Assembly (NCBI GenBank): GCA_964035575.1
Contig: OZ037838.1
Location: 1,116,001 to 1,180,000, forward strand
Reading direction: 5' to 3'
DNA length: 64,000 bases
DNA from: Rhynchopus sp. YZ270_cl-10
Lineage: Eukaryota
The notes beneath the pieces are model-generated. The model did not search any database. It saw only the letters and a list, made by a program, of their open reading frames with translations, and was not told where the DNA came from. Within the stretch, counting starts at the first letter, position 1. Every line of letters begins with the position of its first letter. Position numbers and translations under genes: made by a program. Shown here piece by piece: positions 1 through 9,745 of this stretch.

Positions 1-109
1 TTTCCCTCCCTCCCTGGCCGGACCCCAGGGAGTTTACTTTCCGCAAAAAAATTTTTTTTTGGCAAAGACAATTTTCAGCCAAAAAAAAATTTTTTTTTTG
101 GGCTCACAT

Positions 110-953
110 CAGGGCTTCCCGCAGGATCTGGGGTTTTGGCTTCCCAGGGGGACCAGCCAAAAAAAGGTGAAAAAAATTTTTTTTTCGCGCCTTGTTGTGT
201 GTGGTGTGTAGTACTAACGCTGACGCTACATTACGTTACGCGCCTCTACGCACTTTAAGCGGTCAAAAATCTTTTTTTTCGCCTCCGGCGAAAATGTCCC
301 GGTAAACCGTTAAAACTGCTGCATTCACTCGCATATTGCATATCATCTCACGTTCCCCACCTTTGCAGACATTTCCTAGTAGGGGACGAAAGTTGTTGGC
401 GAAGCCACGGTACGCAGCATTTCAAAATATTGTGCTTAAAATTGCACTATTTTACAGCCAAACTATGTCATGGGTGGCTTGCAATCTTGCGCCGCAGGCG
501 CACGGTACGCTACTTTTTTCCTTGGCCCCGAAGAGGCAGAAAATAGCGGTTGCAAAGAACCACGAGTATGCCTCATGAACAAAGTGACCCCGTCACAGCC
601 AGAACGCGACTCAATTGGTCAAACGCCGAAGGAAAAGGAAGCATGCAGCGTGGCGAAATAAGGCCTGAGCAGATAACTTGGGACTCCGCCGGTCGCTTTG
701 CAAATTCCATTATGGAAATCTGTCTTGGTCCGGAGGACTTTTTTGGTGCCATCTTTTCCCCCTGTTAGTTGCCTGTATTTGGATGCGCGGCGACGGGAGG
801 GTAGGAAAAGTTTAAAAAAAATGTGGAAAATTCCTAATAGGCAGCCTCGGAACACTCAACGGCAGGCTGGTCCCCCCTGGTCCCCCCTTATTTTTTTCTT
901 TTTTCCCCAGGGGGACCAGTGGTCCCCCCTGGTCCCCCCTGTGGGAAGCCCTG
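110..953. mobile_element. Non-autonomous TIR element with 6-bp TSD (hAT-like CAGGG ends)
   Basis: TIR cagggcttcccgcagg / cctgtgggaagccctg; TCACAT at 104-109 and 954-959; subterminal ggggaccag repeats. Confidence 0.8.
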
Positions 954-1139
954 TCACATGGGCCCAAAAATGCAACAAACCGAAAAATTTTGATGTTTTG
1001 AGCACCACATATTTACCAACTGGTTACTTTCCCTTTGGGAAAGTGATCTCCCCGGGAAATCACTTTCCGGGGGGGGGAAAATAGCACTTTTTTGCATTTT
1101 AACGCTCGGGAAAGTGCCTAGTCGGGAGGTAAAGCCTCA

Positions 1140-1261
1140 TCCCTCCCTCCCAAGGCCCCTCGGGAACCCCTCGGGAAAACAAAAAATGCCTCGGGCCTTC
1201 GGCCCTCGCTGCATTTTTTATTTTCCCTCTGGGATCCCTCGGGACCTATGGGAGGGAGGGA
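1140..1261. repeat. Imperfect palindrome with centre CTCG-GGCC-TTC-GGCC-CTCG
   Basis: Arms tccctccctccca / tgggagggaggga and gggaaaacaaaaaatgc / gcattttttattttccc. Confidence 0.8.
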
Positions 1262-1837
1262 AATAGCTATTTTAGCACAGGCATTTTGGCCCAGGGGCAT
1301 GCACTTGAAGCATGGCTATTTAGTGTGTATGGGGCAGTGTTGTTTTGTTATGAATTCTCTTTGGTATTGTCGATCGCGGGTAGTTGTTCAACGCGAGGCT
1401 TGGATCTCTCCTGGGTTCATAAGTAGTATTTCTTCGGATGAAATGAACGTATGCTCGCTATAGATTTCCCGTCAACACAGCCTTTGATACTGGGATTACC
1501 CCTTCGACCCCTTAGTGGTAGTTAAATTCGATTGATATTTACATTCCTACAGATGAAAGAACAAGACACCACTTCTGTACCCGCGCATCAACATTTGTAG
1601 AAAATTTTGCACCCCAAACACCTTCAATAATGCCCGCCAAAAGGCGCCCCTTGTTGCTGGGAGTTTCTCATGTTTGATACCTGCACAGCAGGCATTCCTC
1701 TGAGTCCAACGCTGCTTGGCCTGTCTGCGGCGTTGCACCGAAGGTGCACATAGAGTTTTTGCATCGCATTCCCTAATGTATGGGGCACTCACACTTGAGG
1801 GCATGTGCCACTGCGCGGGTCTGAGTACCTGGGTACC

Positions 1838-2016
1838 CATAGCTGAGAATAAGCCGAGTCCCGGTACTGGGTACTAGGTACAGTAGGACTAGGACTAGGC
1901 CCCCACCCTCCCGCGACCGGGTCCCCGACCCGCTTTCAGGCGGACCACAGCGCCTTCACATATTGTGTCCCAGTCCGGCTGAGAACTCGGTTCCCCAAGT
2001 CTTATTTTCAGCTATG
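1838..2016. mobile_element. hAT-like MITE, short relative of the 16096-16972 element
   Basis: TIR catagctgagaataag / cttattttcagctatg; TSD tgggtacc / tgggtatc; shared internal catattgtgtcccagtccggctgagaa. Confidence 0.85.
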
Positions 2017-2104
2017 TGGGTATCTGGGCACCTGGGTCCTACAGAGGAACCTTAGGGGAACCGGTTCCTTACGGCGTTTGCACCTACAAGAAGCCTGTTG
2101 TTTT

Positions 2105-2273
2105 ACTCTAATTAGACTATAATTAGAGTGTAGTTAGAGTCTAATTATGCTCTAACTGCACTCTAATTATAGTCTAATTGAAGAAAAGCGACTCTAATTA
2201 TACTCTAACTGGACTCTAACTGACTTGGCCCAAAATCCCAGACTCTAATTATACCCTAATACTCTAATTAGAG
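2105..2273. repeat. Cluster of CTCTAATTA/TAATTAGAG motifs in both orientations
   Basis: About a dozen variants of the motif in 170 bp. Confidence 0.75.
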
Positions 2274-2667
2274 CGCTATGTATAGGTTCCACAAAAAAAT
2301 ATCCAAAATCCTGGGACAAAGGACAGGTTTTAGCGCAAAAGCCTTGATTGAAACTGACCTTTTTTTTTTCTTCTATTGTTGAGTCGTTTTATTTACTTCT
2401 GTTTTGGGTTTATTTCCTCCCCTCTTCGTTTTATCAGGTTTCCGGTTAGTGTTGTCTTTCCCTCTTTGTTTTACCTTCTTTTTTGTCCTTGGTGATGGCG
2501 ACAAAAAAACAAAATAAATCTATTCTGCAGTTCCTCAACGGGGAATTTTTTTTGCAATGCAGGATTGTCGCAAATCTCACTTTCTTATCAGACAAAAAAA
2601 AACATTTTTCTTCCAGTTCGAAATTCAAAAAATACAAAAAAAGGGGGTGCTGATTTTTCTTCCAATT

Positions 2668-2830
2668 TCATGGTTTCTCCTTCCCCTTATTCACAGAAGC
2701 GACTGGTCGATCCCAAGGGACGACAAACTCCAGCACCACGTACGGCTTCCCGAGCCTCCTTCCCCTTGCAACACTCAGGCGCAACAAATCCTTGCTCGGG
2801 TCCAGCTTGTTCGACACCACCCTCATCATA
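2668..2830 (-). pseudogene. Possible relic of a restriction-like endonuclease domain from a non-LTR retrotransposon
   Basis: PSKDLL...KPYVVLEFVVPWD resembles the PD..xELxVPWE motif; short match only. Confidence 0.3.
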
Positions 2831-3130
2831 AATCTATTTCTACTCGTCCATTCAGAGTGGTAGATAACTTGTATTGTTGATATTGTATTGTTCCAAGGCA
2901 ATCCAACATGGGGCCATGAACGGGGAGATATTTTTTCACTAGCTCTCAGTAAGCTCACAACCGGTTGCGTGCCCCACGGAGACGATCATAGAGGGCCTAA
3001 ACATGCTCTGTGTTTGCTTTTGCCGTTTTTCTTTGATACACCATCCTGTGAAAGACGTCACGTCTAATCTTTGCGAGCACAGTCCAGGGTGGCTACACTA
3101 ATACAACCGAGTTTTCAAGTAAACAAAACT

Positions 3131-4276
3131 ATGATGGATGTGACCTTTGTGCTGGAAGAGTCAGGCGTGACTGCGACAGTGGAGGTGCCGTGCGAGGCGG
3201 ACGTTGCAGCGGCAAAGGAGGTTGCGTGCACGGCGCTTGCTGTCTCGCCTGCGTCTGTCGAGATGCGCATCGGCACGCAGGTGCTGGAGGGGACGTGCCG
3301 TCTGCAGGACACTGCGTTTGATGCAGGGGTGCAGGTTGTGCTTGCCCGCCCTCGCTTTGCCGACATCAAGTGTCCTGCTGAGTACAGTGCAGAGGTGCCA
3401 ACTGATGTGAAGCGGGCAAATATAATTAACGTATCGCTGTCTCCTTATGGAGCACTCTGCCTCTTTTCACAGAAGGAAGGCTACTATGTCACCGGCTTCG
3501 ATACAGAAACCTTCAGCCCTGCCTTCACGTTCAAAGTAGACGTTCGAGTGTGGGGCACGCCTGCCATCTCACGGTGCAGGACACGCTGCTACCTGCCGTG
3601 CAGCAAGCGAGGCCTTTTCGAGGTTGCGCTTCCGGGTGGGGAGGTGCTCCGCAAAGTCGACCCCTCCTCCGCAGTGGTGGCGTGTGGCGGTGTTGTTATC
3701 TCAAAGGGTTACGGTGGCGTCTCTGTGTATGATGAAGACCTGACGTTGCTCCGCTCTCTCGCGCACAAAGGGTGTGGGAGTGTGGCAGTGTCGGACTGTG
3801 GTGGGTGGGTGGTCACCTCCTCTTTAGGGGAAGAGGCACGTCTGTGGGATGTGAACACAGGTGAAGCTGTGGCATGTGTGCCGGTGGGGTGGCAGCACGG
3901 AGTGGCGCTTTCACGGTCTGCCTCTGTCTTTGCTGCGGTGGGGGAGGACGACACCGTGCACCTCTATGATTGGAGTGGTGCGGCTCTTCGCAGTGTTGAT
4001 GTGGATGGGCATACCGGGCGCATGCAGTTCACACCATGTGGGAAGTACCTTGTGGTCAAGGTGGCTGTTACCAGAGATGATGACGAACGTCACACACAAC
4101 TGCACCAGTATGATGTGGTGACCATGTCTTGTGTGCATGTGATCCCGCAAACCTATGGTGGGTCATTTGCAATATCACCGTGTTCTCGTGTGGTTGTGTT
4201 CGGGTGTGAGAACGAAAGCATCGATCCAACAAGCGGCATTGTAACAAGGCACCTGTACCCATACAACAGTGAGTGA
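3131..4276 (+). CDS. Ubiquitin-like + WD40-like beta-propeller protein, copy 1
   Basis: Shared start [12 protein letters not shown]; first ~72 aa follow the ubiquitin hydrophobic pattern; propeller motifs SDCGGWVVTSS, RLWDVNTG, QFTPCGKYLVV, FAISPCSRVVV. Confidence 0.85.
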   Translation: MMDVTFVLEESGVTATVEVPCEADVAAAKEVACTALAVSPASVEMRIGTQVLEGTCRLQDTAFDAGVQVVLARPRFADIKCPAEYSAEVPTDVKRANIINVSLSPYGALCLFSQKEGYYVTGFDTETFSPAFTFKVDVRVWGTPAISRCRTRCYLPCSKRGLFEVALPGGEVLRKVDPSSAVVACGGVVISKGYGGVSVYDEDLTLLRSLAHKGCGSVAVSDCGGWVVTSSLGEEARLWDVNTGEAVACVPVGWQHGVALSRSASVFAAVGEDDTVHLYDWSGAALRSVDVDGHTGRMQFTPCGKYLVVKVAVTRDDDERHTQLHQYDVVTMSCVHVIPQTYGGSFAISPCSRVVVFGCENESIDPTSGIVTRHLYPYNSE

Positions 4277-4415
4277 TGTTTCGCGGGGCTTCGCGCTAAC
4301 TTTGGGAAAATAATCTAAAAAATACGGTCATACCACAAAAATATCCAAAATCCTGGGACAAAGGACAGGTTTTAGCGCAAAGCCTGCTTAAAACCGACCT
4401 TTTTTTTTTCTTTTA

Positions 4416-4534
4416 CCGACCCTCCCCCGTGAAATTGTCCCCCCCCCAAAAAAAAAAAAAAAAACCGGTATTTTGCCCCGACGGACAATTTCAAGGGGTT
4501 CGGAGAGGGGTACAATTTCACGGGGGAGGGTCGG
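4416..4534. mobile_element. Tc1/mariner-type MITE (TA TSD)
   Basis: 23-bp TIR ccgaccctcccccgtgaaattgt; TA on both sides; empty paralogous site near 2290-2378; lone right end at 15504-15531. Confidence 0.9.
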
Positions 4535-4866
4535 TATTAGAACAAATACTTTGGTGGGAAATGATTCAAACATCTGAGACTTTTTGTTTATTCCCCTCCC
4601 CTTCTATGGTGCACTCACCTCATTTCTGTACTTCAGGCTAAGAGGTTTTTCCCCTTTTGACATCTATTTCTCGATGTTTACTTTCAGATATTTTGAGGAT
4701 AACGACCACACCACCCTTTACCTCTTTTTTTTCACTTTTGCTTTGTTAAAACCCTCTTCTGTTGGTGGAAACTACAGACACAACGAAAATATCGCAAACA
4801 CACAAAACAAAACAACCCACACCACATCTCCTCCCAACAGAGGTGGAACAAGAAGAAGACAAAACA

Positions 4867-6006
4867 ATGATGGATGTGACCTTTGTACTGGAAGAGTCAG
4901 GCGTGACTGCGACAGCGGAGGTGCCGTGCGAGGCGGACGTTGCAGCGGCAAAGGAGGTTGCGTGCACGGCGCTTGCTGTCTGGCCTGCGTCTGTCGAGAT
5001 GCGCATCGGCACGCAGGTGCTGGAGGGGACGTGCCGTCTGCAGGACACTGCGTTTGATGCAGGTGTGCAGGTTGTGCTTGCCCGCCGCTTTGCCGACATC
5101 AAGTGTCCTGCTGAGTGCAGTGTAGAAGTGCCAACTGATAGGCGGGGGATAAATTATAATCGTTTATCGTTGTCTCCTTGTGGAGCACTCTGCCTCTTTT
5201 CACAGGAGGATGGCTATGTGACCGGCCTCGATACAGAAACCTTCAGCCCTGCCTTCAAGTTCAAAGTGGACATTGTGTGTGACATTTCGATGTCCGGTGT
5301 GCCTGTCATCTCACGGTGCAAGACACGCTGCTACCTGGCGTGCAAGGCAGAAGGTATGCACGAGGTTGCGCTTCCGGGTGGGGAGGTGCTACGCAGAGTA
5401 GAAGGACACTCGTTCGAAGCGTTCGCATGTGGCGGTATTGTTGTCTCCCAAGGCAAAGACGGCGTCTCTGTGTATGACGAAGACCTGACGTTGCTCCGCT
5501 TTCTCTCGTACGAAGCGTGTAATAGAATGGCTGTGTCGCACTGTGGTGGGTGGGTGATCACCTCCTCCAGCAGGGAGAAGAAGGCACGTCTGTGGGATGT
5601 GAACACAGGTGAAGTTGTGGCATGTGTGCCTGCGGATGGGGGTGGTGTCGCGCTTTCATGGTGTGCCTCTGTCTTTGTTGTGGAGTGCGATGACGAAGTG
5701 CAGCTCTATGACTGGAGTGGTGCGGCTCTTGGCAGCTTTGCAAAGGAGCAGTGTCTAGTCTTTGCCGTGCAGTTCACTCCATGTGGGAAGTACGTCGTTG
5801 TTACGTTTGATAACTATGGTGATCTATTTTGTGATGAGTATACTCTGCACCAATATGACGTGGCGACCATGTCCTGTGTGCGTGTGATACAGGACACCAA
5901 CGGTATATTTGCGATATCGCCGTGTTCACGTGTGGTTGTGTTCAAGGCAGCAGGAGGTGACGCAGGAAGTGACGTCCTTGTGACACAACATCTGTACCCC
6001 TACTGA
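4867..6006 (+). CDS. Ubl + beta-propeller protein, copy 2
   Basis: Intact paralogous ORF from the conserved ATG. Confidence 0.85.
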   Translation: MMDVTFVLEESGVTATAEVPCEADVAAAKEVACTALAVWPASVEMRIGTQVLEGTCRLQDTAFDAGVQVVLARRFADIKCPAECSVEVPTDRRGINYNRLSLSPCGALCLFSQEDGYVTGLDTETFSPAFKFKVDIVCDISMSGVPVISRCKTRCYLACKAEGMHEVALPGGEVLRRVEGHSFEAFACGGIVVSQGKDGVSVYDEDLTLLRFLSYEACNRMAVSHCGGWVITSSSREKKARLWDVNTGEVVACVPADGGGVALSWCASVFVVECDDEVQLYDWSGAALGSFAKEQCLVFAVQFTPCGKYVVVTFDNYGDLFCDEYTLHQYDVATMSCVRVIQDTNGIFAISPCSRVVVFKAAGGDAGSDVLVTQHLYPY

Positions 6007-6301
6007 GTGATGCAGTCCACCCTTTGTGGGAAGTACCTCCTCGCTGTCGCTGAGTACTGCGGTGTGTTGCTATCGTGCGTTGCATCAGTATTTGCGTTGC
6101 ACCCTCGACTTACTAACCTGTGAGGGAATTTATTTTGAGATATTTTGAGATAACGACCACACCACCCTTTACCTTTATTTTTCACTTTTGCTTTGTTAAA
6201 ACCCTCTTCTGTTCGTGGAAACTACAGTCGCAACGAAACCATCACAAGCACACGAAACACACCTCCCAACAGAGGTGGAACAAGAGGAAGAAGACAAAAC
6301 A

Positions 6302-7456
6302 ATGATGGATGTGACCTTTGTGCTGGAAGAGTCAGGCGTGACTGCGACAGTGGAGGTGCCGTGCGAGGCGGACGTTGCAGCGGCAAAGGAGGTTGCGTGC
6401 ACGGCGCTTGCTGTCTCGCCTGCGTCTGTCGAGATGCGCATCGGCACGCAGGTGCTGGAGGGGACGTGCCGTCTGCAGGACACTGCGTTTGATGCAGGTG
6501 TGCAGGTTGTGCTTGCCTCCACTCGCTTGGCCAACATCAAGTGTCCTGCTGAGTACAGTGAGGATGTACAACACCTGTCACTGTCGCGTTGTGGAACGCT
6601 TTGCGTTTTTTGGAAGCGCAGTGGGCGTGTTGCCACTGTTGGTGGCTTCGACACAGAAACCTTCGACACAGTCTTCTCTTTTGAAGTGGACTTCCAAGCG
6701 GTCGCTGCGCCTGCCATCTCGCAGTGCAAGACACTCTACTACGTGCCGTGCAGGACATACTTTCTCAAGCTCGCGCTTCCAGACGGGGAGGTGCTCCGCA
6801 AAGTCGACGGTACCTCGAACGCAGTGTTCTCCTGTGGCAGTGTTCTTCTCTCCCAGGATGACGACGGCGTCTCTGTGTATGACGAAGACCTGACGTTGCT
6901 CCGCTCTCTCTCGCACGAAGGGTGGTGGGACGTGGCAGTGTCTGACTGTGGTGGGTGGGTGATCACCTCCTCCGCTTCCTGGGAGAACGTACGGCTGTGG
7001 GATGTGAACACCGGTGAAGCTGTGGCGTGTGTACAGTTTGGTGGGTGCGCGCTTTCACGACGTGCCTCTGTCTTTGCTGTACGGGACGAATGCAGCGTGC
7101 AGCTCTATGATTGGAGTGGTGCGGCTCTTCGCAGTCTTAATGTGGGTGACGGTAGGGAGGTCAAAGGCATGCAGTTCACACCGTGTGGGAAGTACCTTGT
7201 GGTCAAGGTGGGTGTTGCGGTATACACACGCATATATGATGAAGATGGTAGTAACGAAGAGCATGATGGTTTCGAGGGACGACTGCACCAGTATGATGTG
7301 GCGACCATGTCCTGTGTGCGTGTGATCCCGCACACCTATGTTCAGTCGTTTGCGATATCACCGTGTTCACGTGTAGTTGTGTTTGAGTGTGAAGGCAAAA
7401 GCGATACACCAGCAGTCATTGTAACAAGGCATCTGTACCCATACAACAGTGAGTGA
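6302..7456 (+). CDS. Ubl + beta-propeller protein, copy 3
   Basis: Intact paralogous ORF. Confidence 0.85.
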   Translation: MMDVTFVLEESGVTATVEVPCEADVAAAKEVACTALAVSPASVEMRIGTQVLEGTCRLQDTAFDAGVQVVLASTRLANIKCPAEYSEDVQHLSLSRCGTLCVFWKRSGRVATVGGFDTETFDTVFSFEVDFQAVAAPAISQCKTLYYVPCRTYFLKLALPDGEVLRKVDGTSNAVFSCGSVLLSQDDDGVSVYDEDLTLLRSLSHEGWWDVAVSDCGGWVITSSASWENVRLWDVNTGEAVACVQFGGCALSRRASVFAVRDECSVQLYDWSGAALRSLNVGDGREVKGMQFTPCGKYLVVKVGVAVYTRIYDEDGSNEEHDGFEGRLHQYDVATMSCVRVIPHTYVQSFAISPCSRVVVFECEGKSDTPAVIVTRHLYPYNSE

Positions 7457-7918
7457 TGTTTTGCAAGGGGTAGGAGGGTGGTGACTGTAATTCTGACAGA
7501 AGGGGACAGTGCAAGTGTCTGCAGAGGGTATACCATCAACTGCATAGGCCACACCGTGAATCTAGCTCAAGCGGATGGCTTTTCACACATAACACACAGC
7601 GGCTTCGTTGTTGTTGTGTATTTTATTCACGTTGATATTGTTTCTTGTTCACTCTTTCTTGACTCTTTCCTGTGGAAATGGACTTCAAGACACACATAAT
7701 CCCCCCCAGTGAACCGTTGTGACCGTTCTGCCTAGGCAGTCGTGGACAGCGTTGTCATGTCAGGTCCTGGGGTGTCTTTGACACACATCTCCTGTGTGTG
7801 TGTATTTGCAGGGTATCTTCAAATTGCTTGCTTTGTCAGAGTTTGTTGAAACACGTATTCAACCCACCAACCTTCTTGACACAACCATCACATCAAACAC
7901 AACAGACCCCTAAACAAT

Positions 7919-9037
7919 ATGATGGATGTGACCTTTGTGCTGGAAGAGTCAGGCGTGACTGCGACAGTGGAGGTGCCGTGCGAGGCGAAGGTTGCAGCGG
8001 CAAAGGAGGTTGCGTGCACGGCGCTTGCTGTCTCGCCTGCGTCTGTCGAGATGCGCATCGGCACGCAGGTGCTGGAGGGGACGTGCCGTCTGCAGGACAC
8101 TGCGTTTGATTCAGGGGTGCAGGTTGTGCTTGCCTGCCCTCGCTTTGCCGACATCAAGTGTCCTGCTGAGTACGATACACAGAGCACTGTGCAAAGTTTC
8201 TCACTGTCTCCTTGTGGAACGCTCTGCCTCATCGTGACTGACTCAGGTGCACGTATTGCTGGCGTCGGATTCGATACAGAAACCTTCAACACCGCCTTCT
8301 CGTTTGAACCTGGTTGCCTCGCAGCACCGGCCATCCAACGGTGCAAGACACGCTGCTACCTCGCGTGTGGGCGTGATTTACGCATGGTTGCGCTTCCGGG
8401 TGGGGAGGTGCTCCGCAAAGTTACAGGAAGCTCGACAGCAGTGTTCGCCTGTGGTGGTGTTGTTGTCTCCCAGGGCAGAGACGGTGTCTCTGTGTATGAC
8501 GAAGGCCTGACGTTGCTCCGCTCTATCTCGCATAAGCGGTGCAGTAAGGTGGCAGCGTCGGACTGTGGTGGGCGGGTGATCAGCTACTCCTGGGAGGAGA
8601 AGAAGGCATGTCTGTGGGATGTGAACACAGGAGAAGCTGTGGCATGTGTGGAAAGCATGCCTCCGCAAGCGTGGGAAGTAAGGCTAGCGCTTTCACGGTC
8701 TGCCTCTGTCTTTGCTGTGGGTTCTTCTCAAGAAGTGCAGCTCTATGACTGGAGTGGTGCGGCTCTTGGCAGCATTAAAAAGGAGCATTACCTTGTCGAA
8801 GACGTGCAGTTCACTCCCTGTGGGAAGTATGTCGTCGTTCATTTTATGGAAGAATCAAGGCCTGAGGGCGAACCTTCACTCCTCTACCAGTATGATATGT
8901 CTACCATGTCCTGTGTGCGTGTGATGCCAGAATGCTGCGGTGATGGGTCATTTGCGATATCACCGTGTTCACGTGTGGTTATGTTTGAGACAGCAGAAAG
9001 TGCCGTCCTTGTGACGAGGCATCTGTACCCCTACTGA
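7919..9037 (+). CDS. Ubl + beta-propeller protein, copy 4
   Basis: Intact paralogous ORF, 372 aa. Confidence 0.85.
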   Translation: MMDVTFVLEESGVTATVEVPCEAKVAAAKEVACTALAVSPASVEMRIGTQVLEGTCRLQDTAFDSGVQVVLACPRFADIKCPAEYDTQSTVQSFSLSPCGTLCLIVTDSGARIAGVGFDTETFNTAFSFEPGCLAAPAIQRCKTRCYLACGRDLRMVALPGGEVLRKVTGSSTAVFACGGVVVSQGRDGVSVYDEGLTLLRSISHKRCSKVAASDCGGRVISYSWEEKKACLWDVNTGEAVACVESMPPQAWEVRLALSRSASVFAVGSSQEVQLYDWSGAALGSIKKEHYLVEDVQFTPCGKYVVVHFMEESRPEGEPSLLYQYDMSTMSCVRVMPECCGDGSFAISPCSRVVMFETAESAVLVTRHLYPY

Positions 9038-9745
9038 GTACTGCGGTGTGTTGCTATCGTGTGTTGCATCAGTATTTGCATTGCGCCCTCGACCTACTAG
9101 CCTGTGAGGGAATTCATTTTCGGATATTTTGAGGATAACGACCACACCACCCTTCTGATGAGCGCGGTCGAAGGGCACTTTTGCTGGTCAGGGAGCAGAC
9201 CGCCGAAACCAGTGTTTATCTTTACTTTCACTTTTATTTTGAAAAACACGAAAAAAGATTCCTGAAGACCATTTGGTCATGGATCCAAAACACAAAAGCA
9301 GCAAAAAACATTTTGTGGAGTACACTCTAGGGTGGCTACACTAATACAATGAGAAAAAAGAATGCCCTCCTCAGTCCGGAAGTATCACCTCAAAAAAAAA
9401 GGGGGGGGAAATGGTGCAGATTTTTGGGTCTTTTTGGGGTGTCAAAAAAATATTTTTTTTGAAAAAAACCCCGGGTGTGCCTCCAGAAGTCAGGCCAGTG
9501 TCCTAAACGATACTGCCACACCCTGAGAGGGAGGTGTGCTGTCTGAATACTCTGAACAAGATAAAACAATAAGCTCGCGTTTCTTTTATCGAACAGATTT
9601 TATTCTCCGCCCCGTACCCAAAACGTAAACACCACTTTGAATCAGAAAAAATATTTTCCTCTCCTTTTTTCTTCCACGCGCTGGTTTTTGTATTTCGCTA
9701 ATTTTTATCAAAAAGCTTTCTTTATATGATACAACTGCGGACGTA

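Noticed and set aside
3115..3410. Recurrent antisense and alternate-frame ORFs (MMSAKR..., [11 protein letters not shown]...) in every copy
   Set aside because: They are shadows of the identical Ubl DNA, and their ends vary arbitrarily
4623..4633. tttctgtactt resembling the euglenozoan spliced-leader 3' end
   Set aside because: Only 11 nt match and the flanks do not
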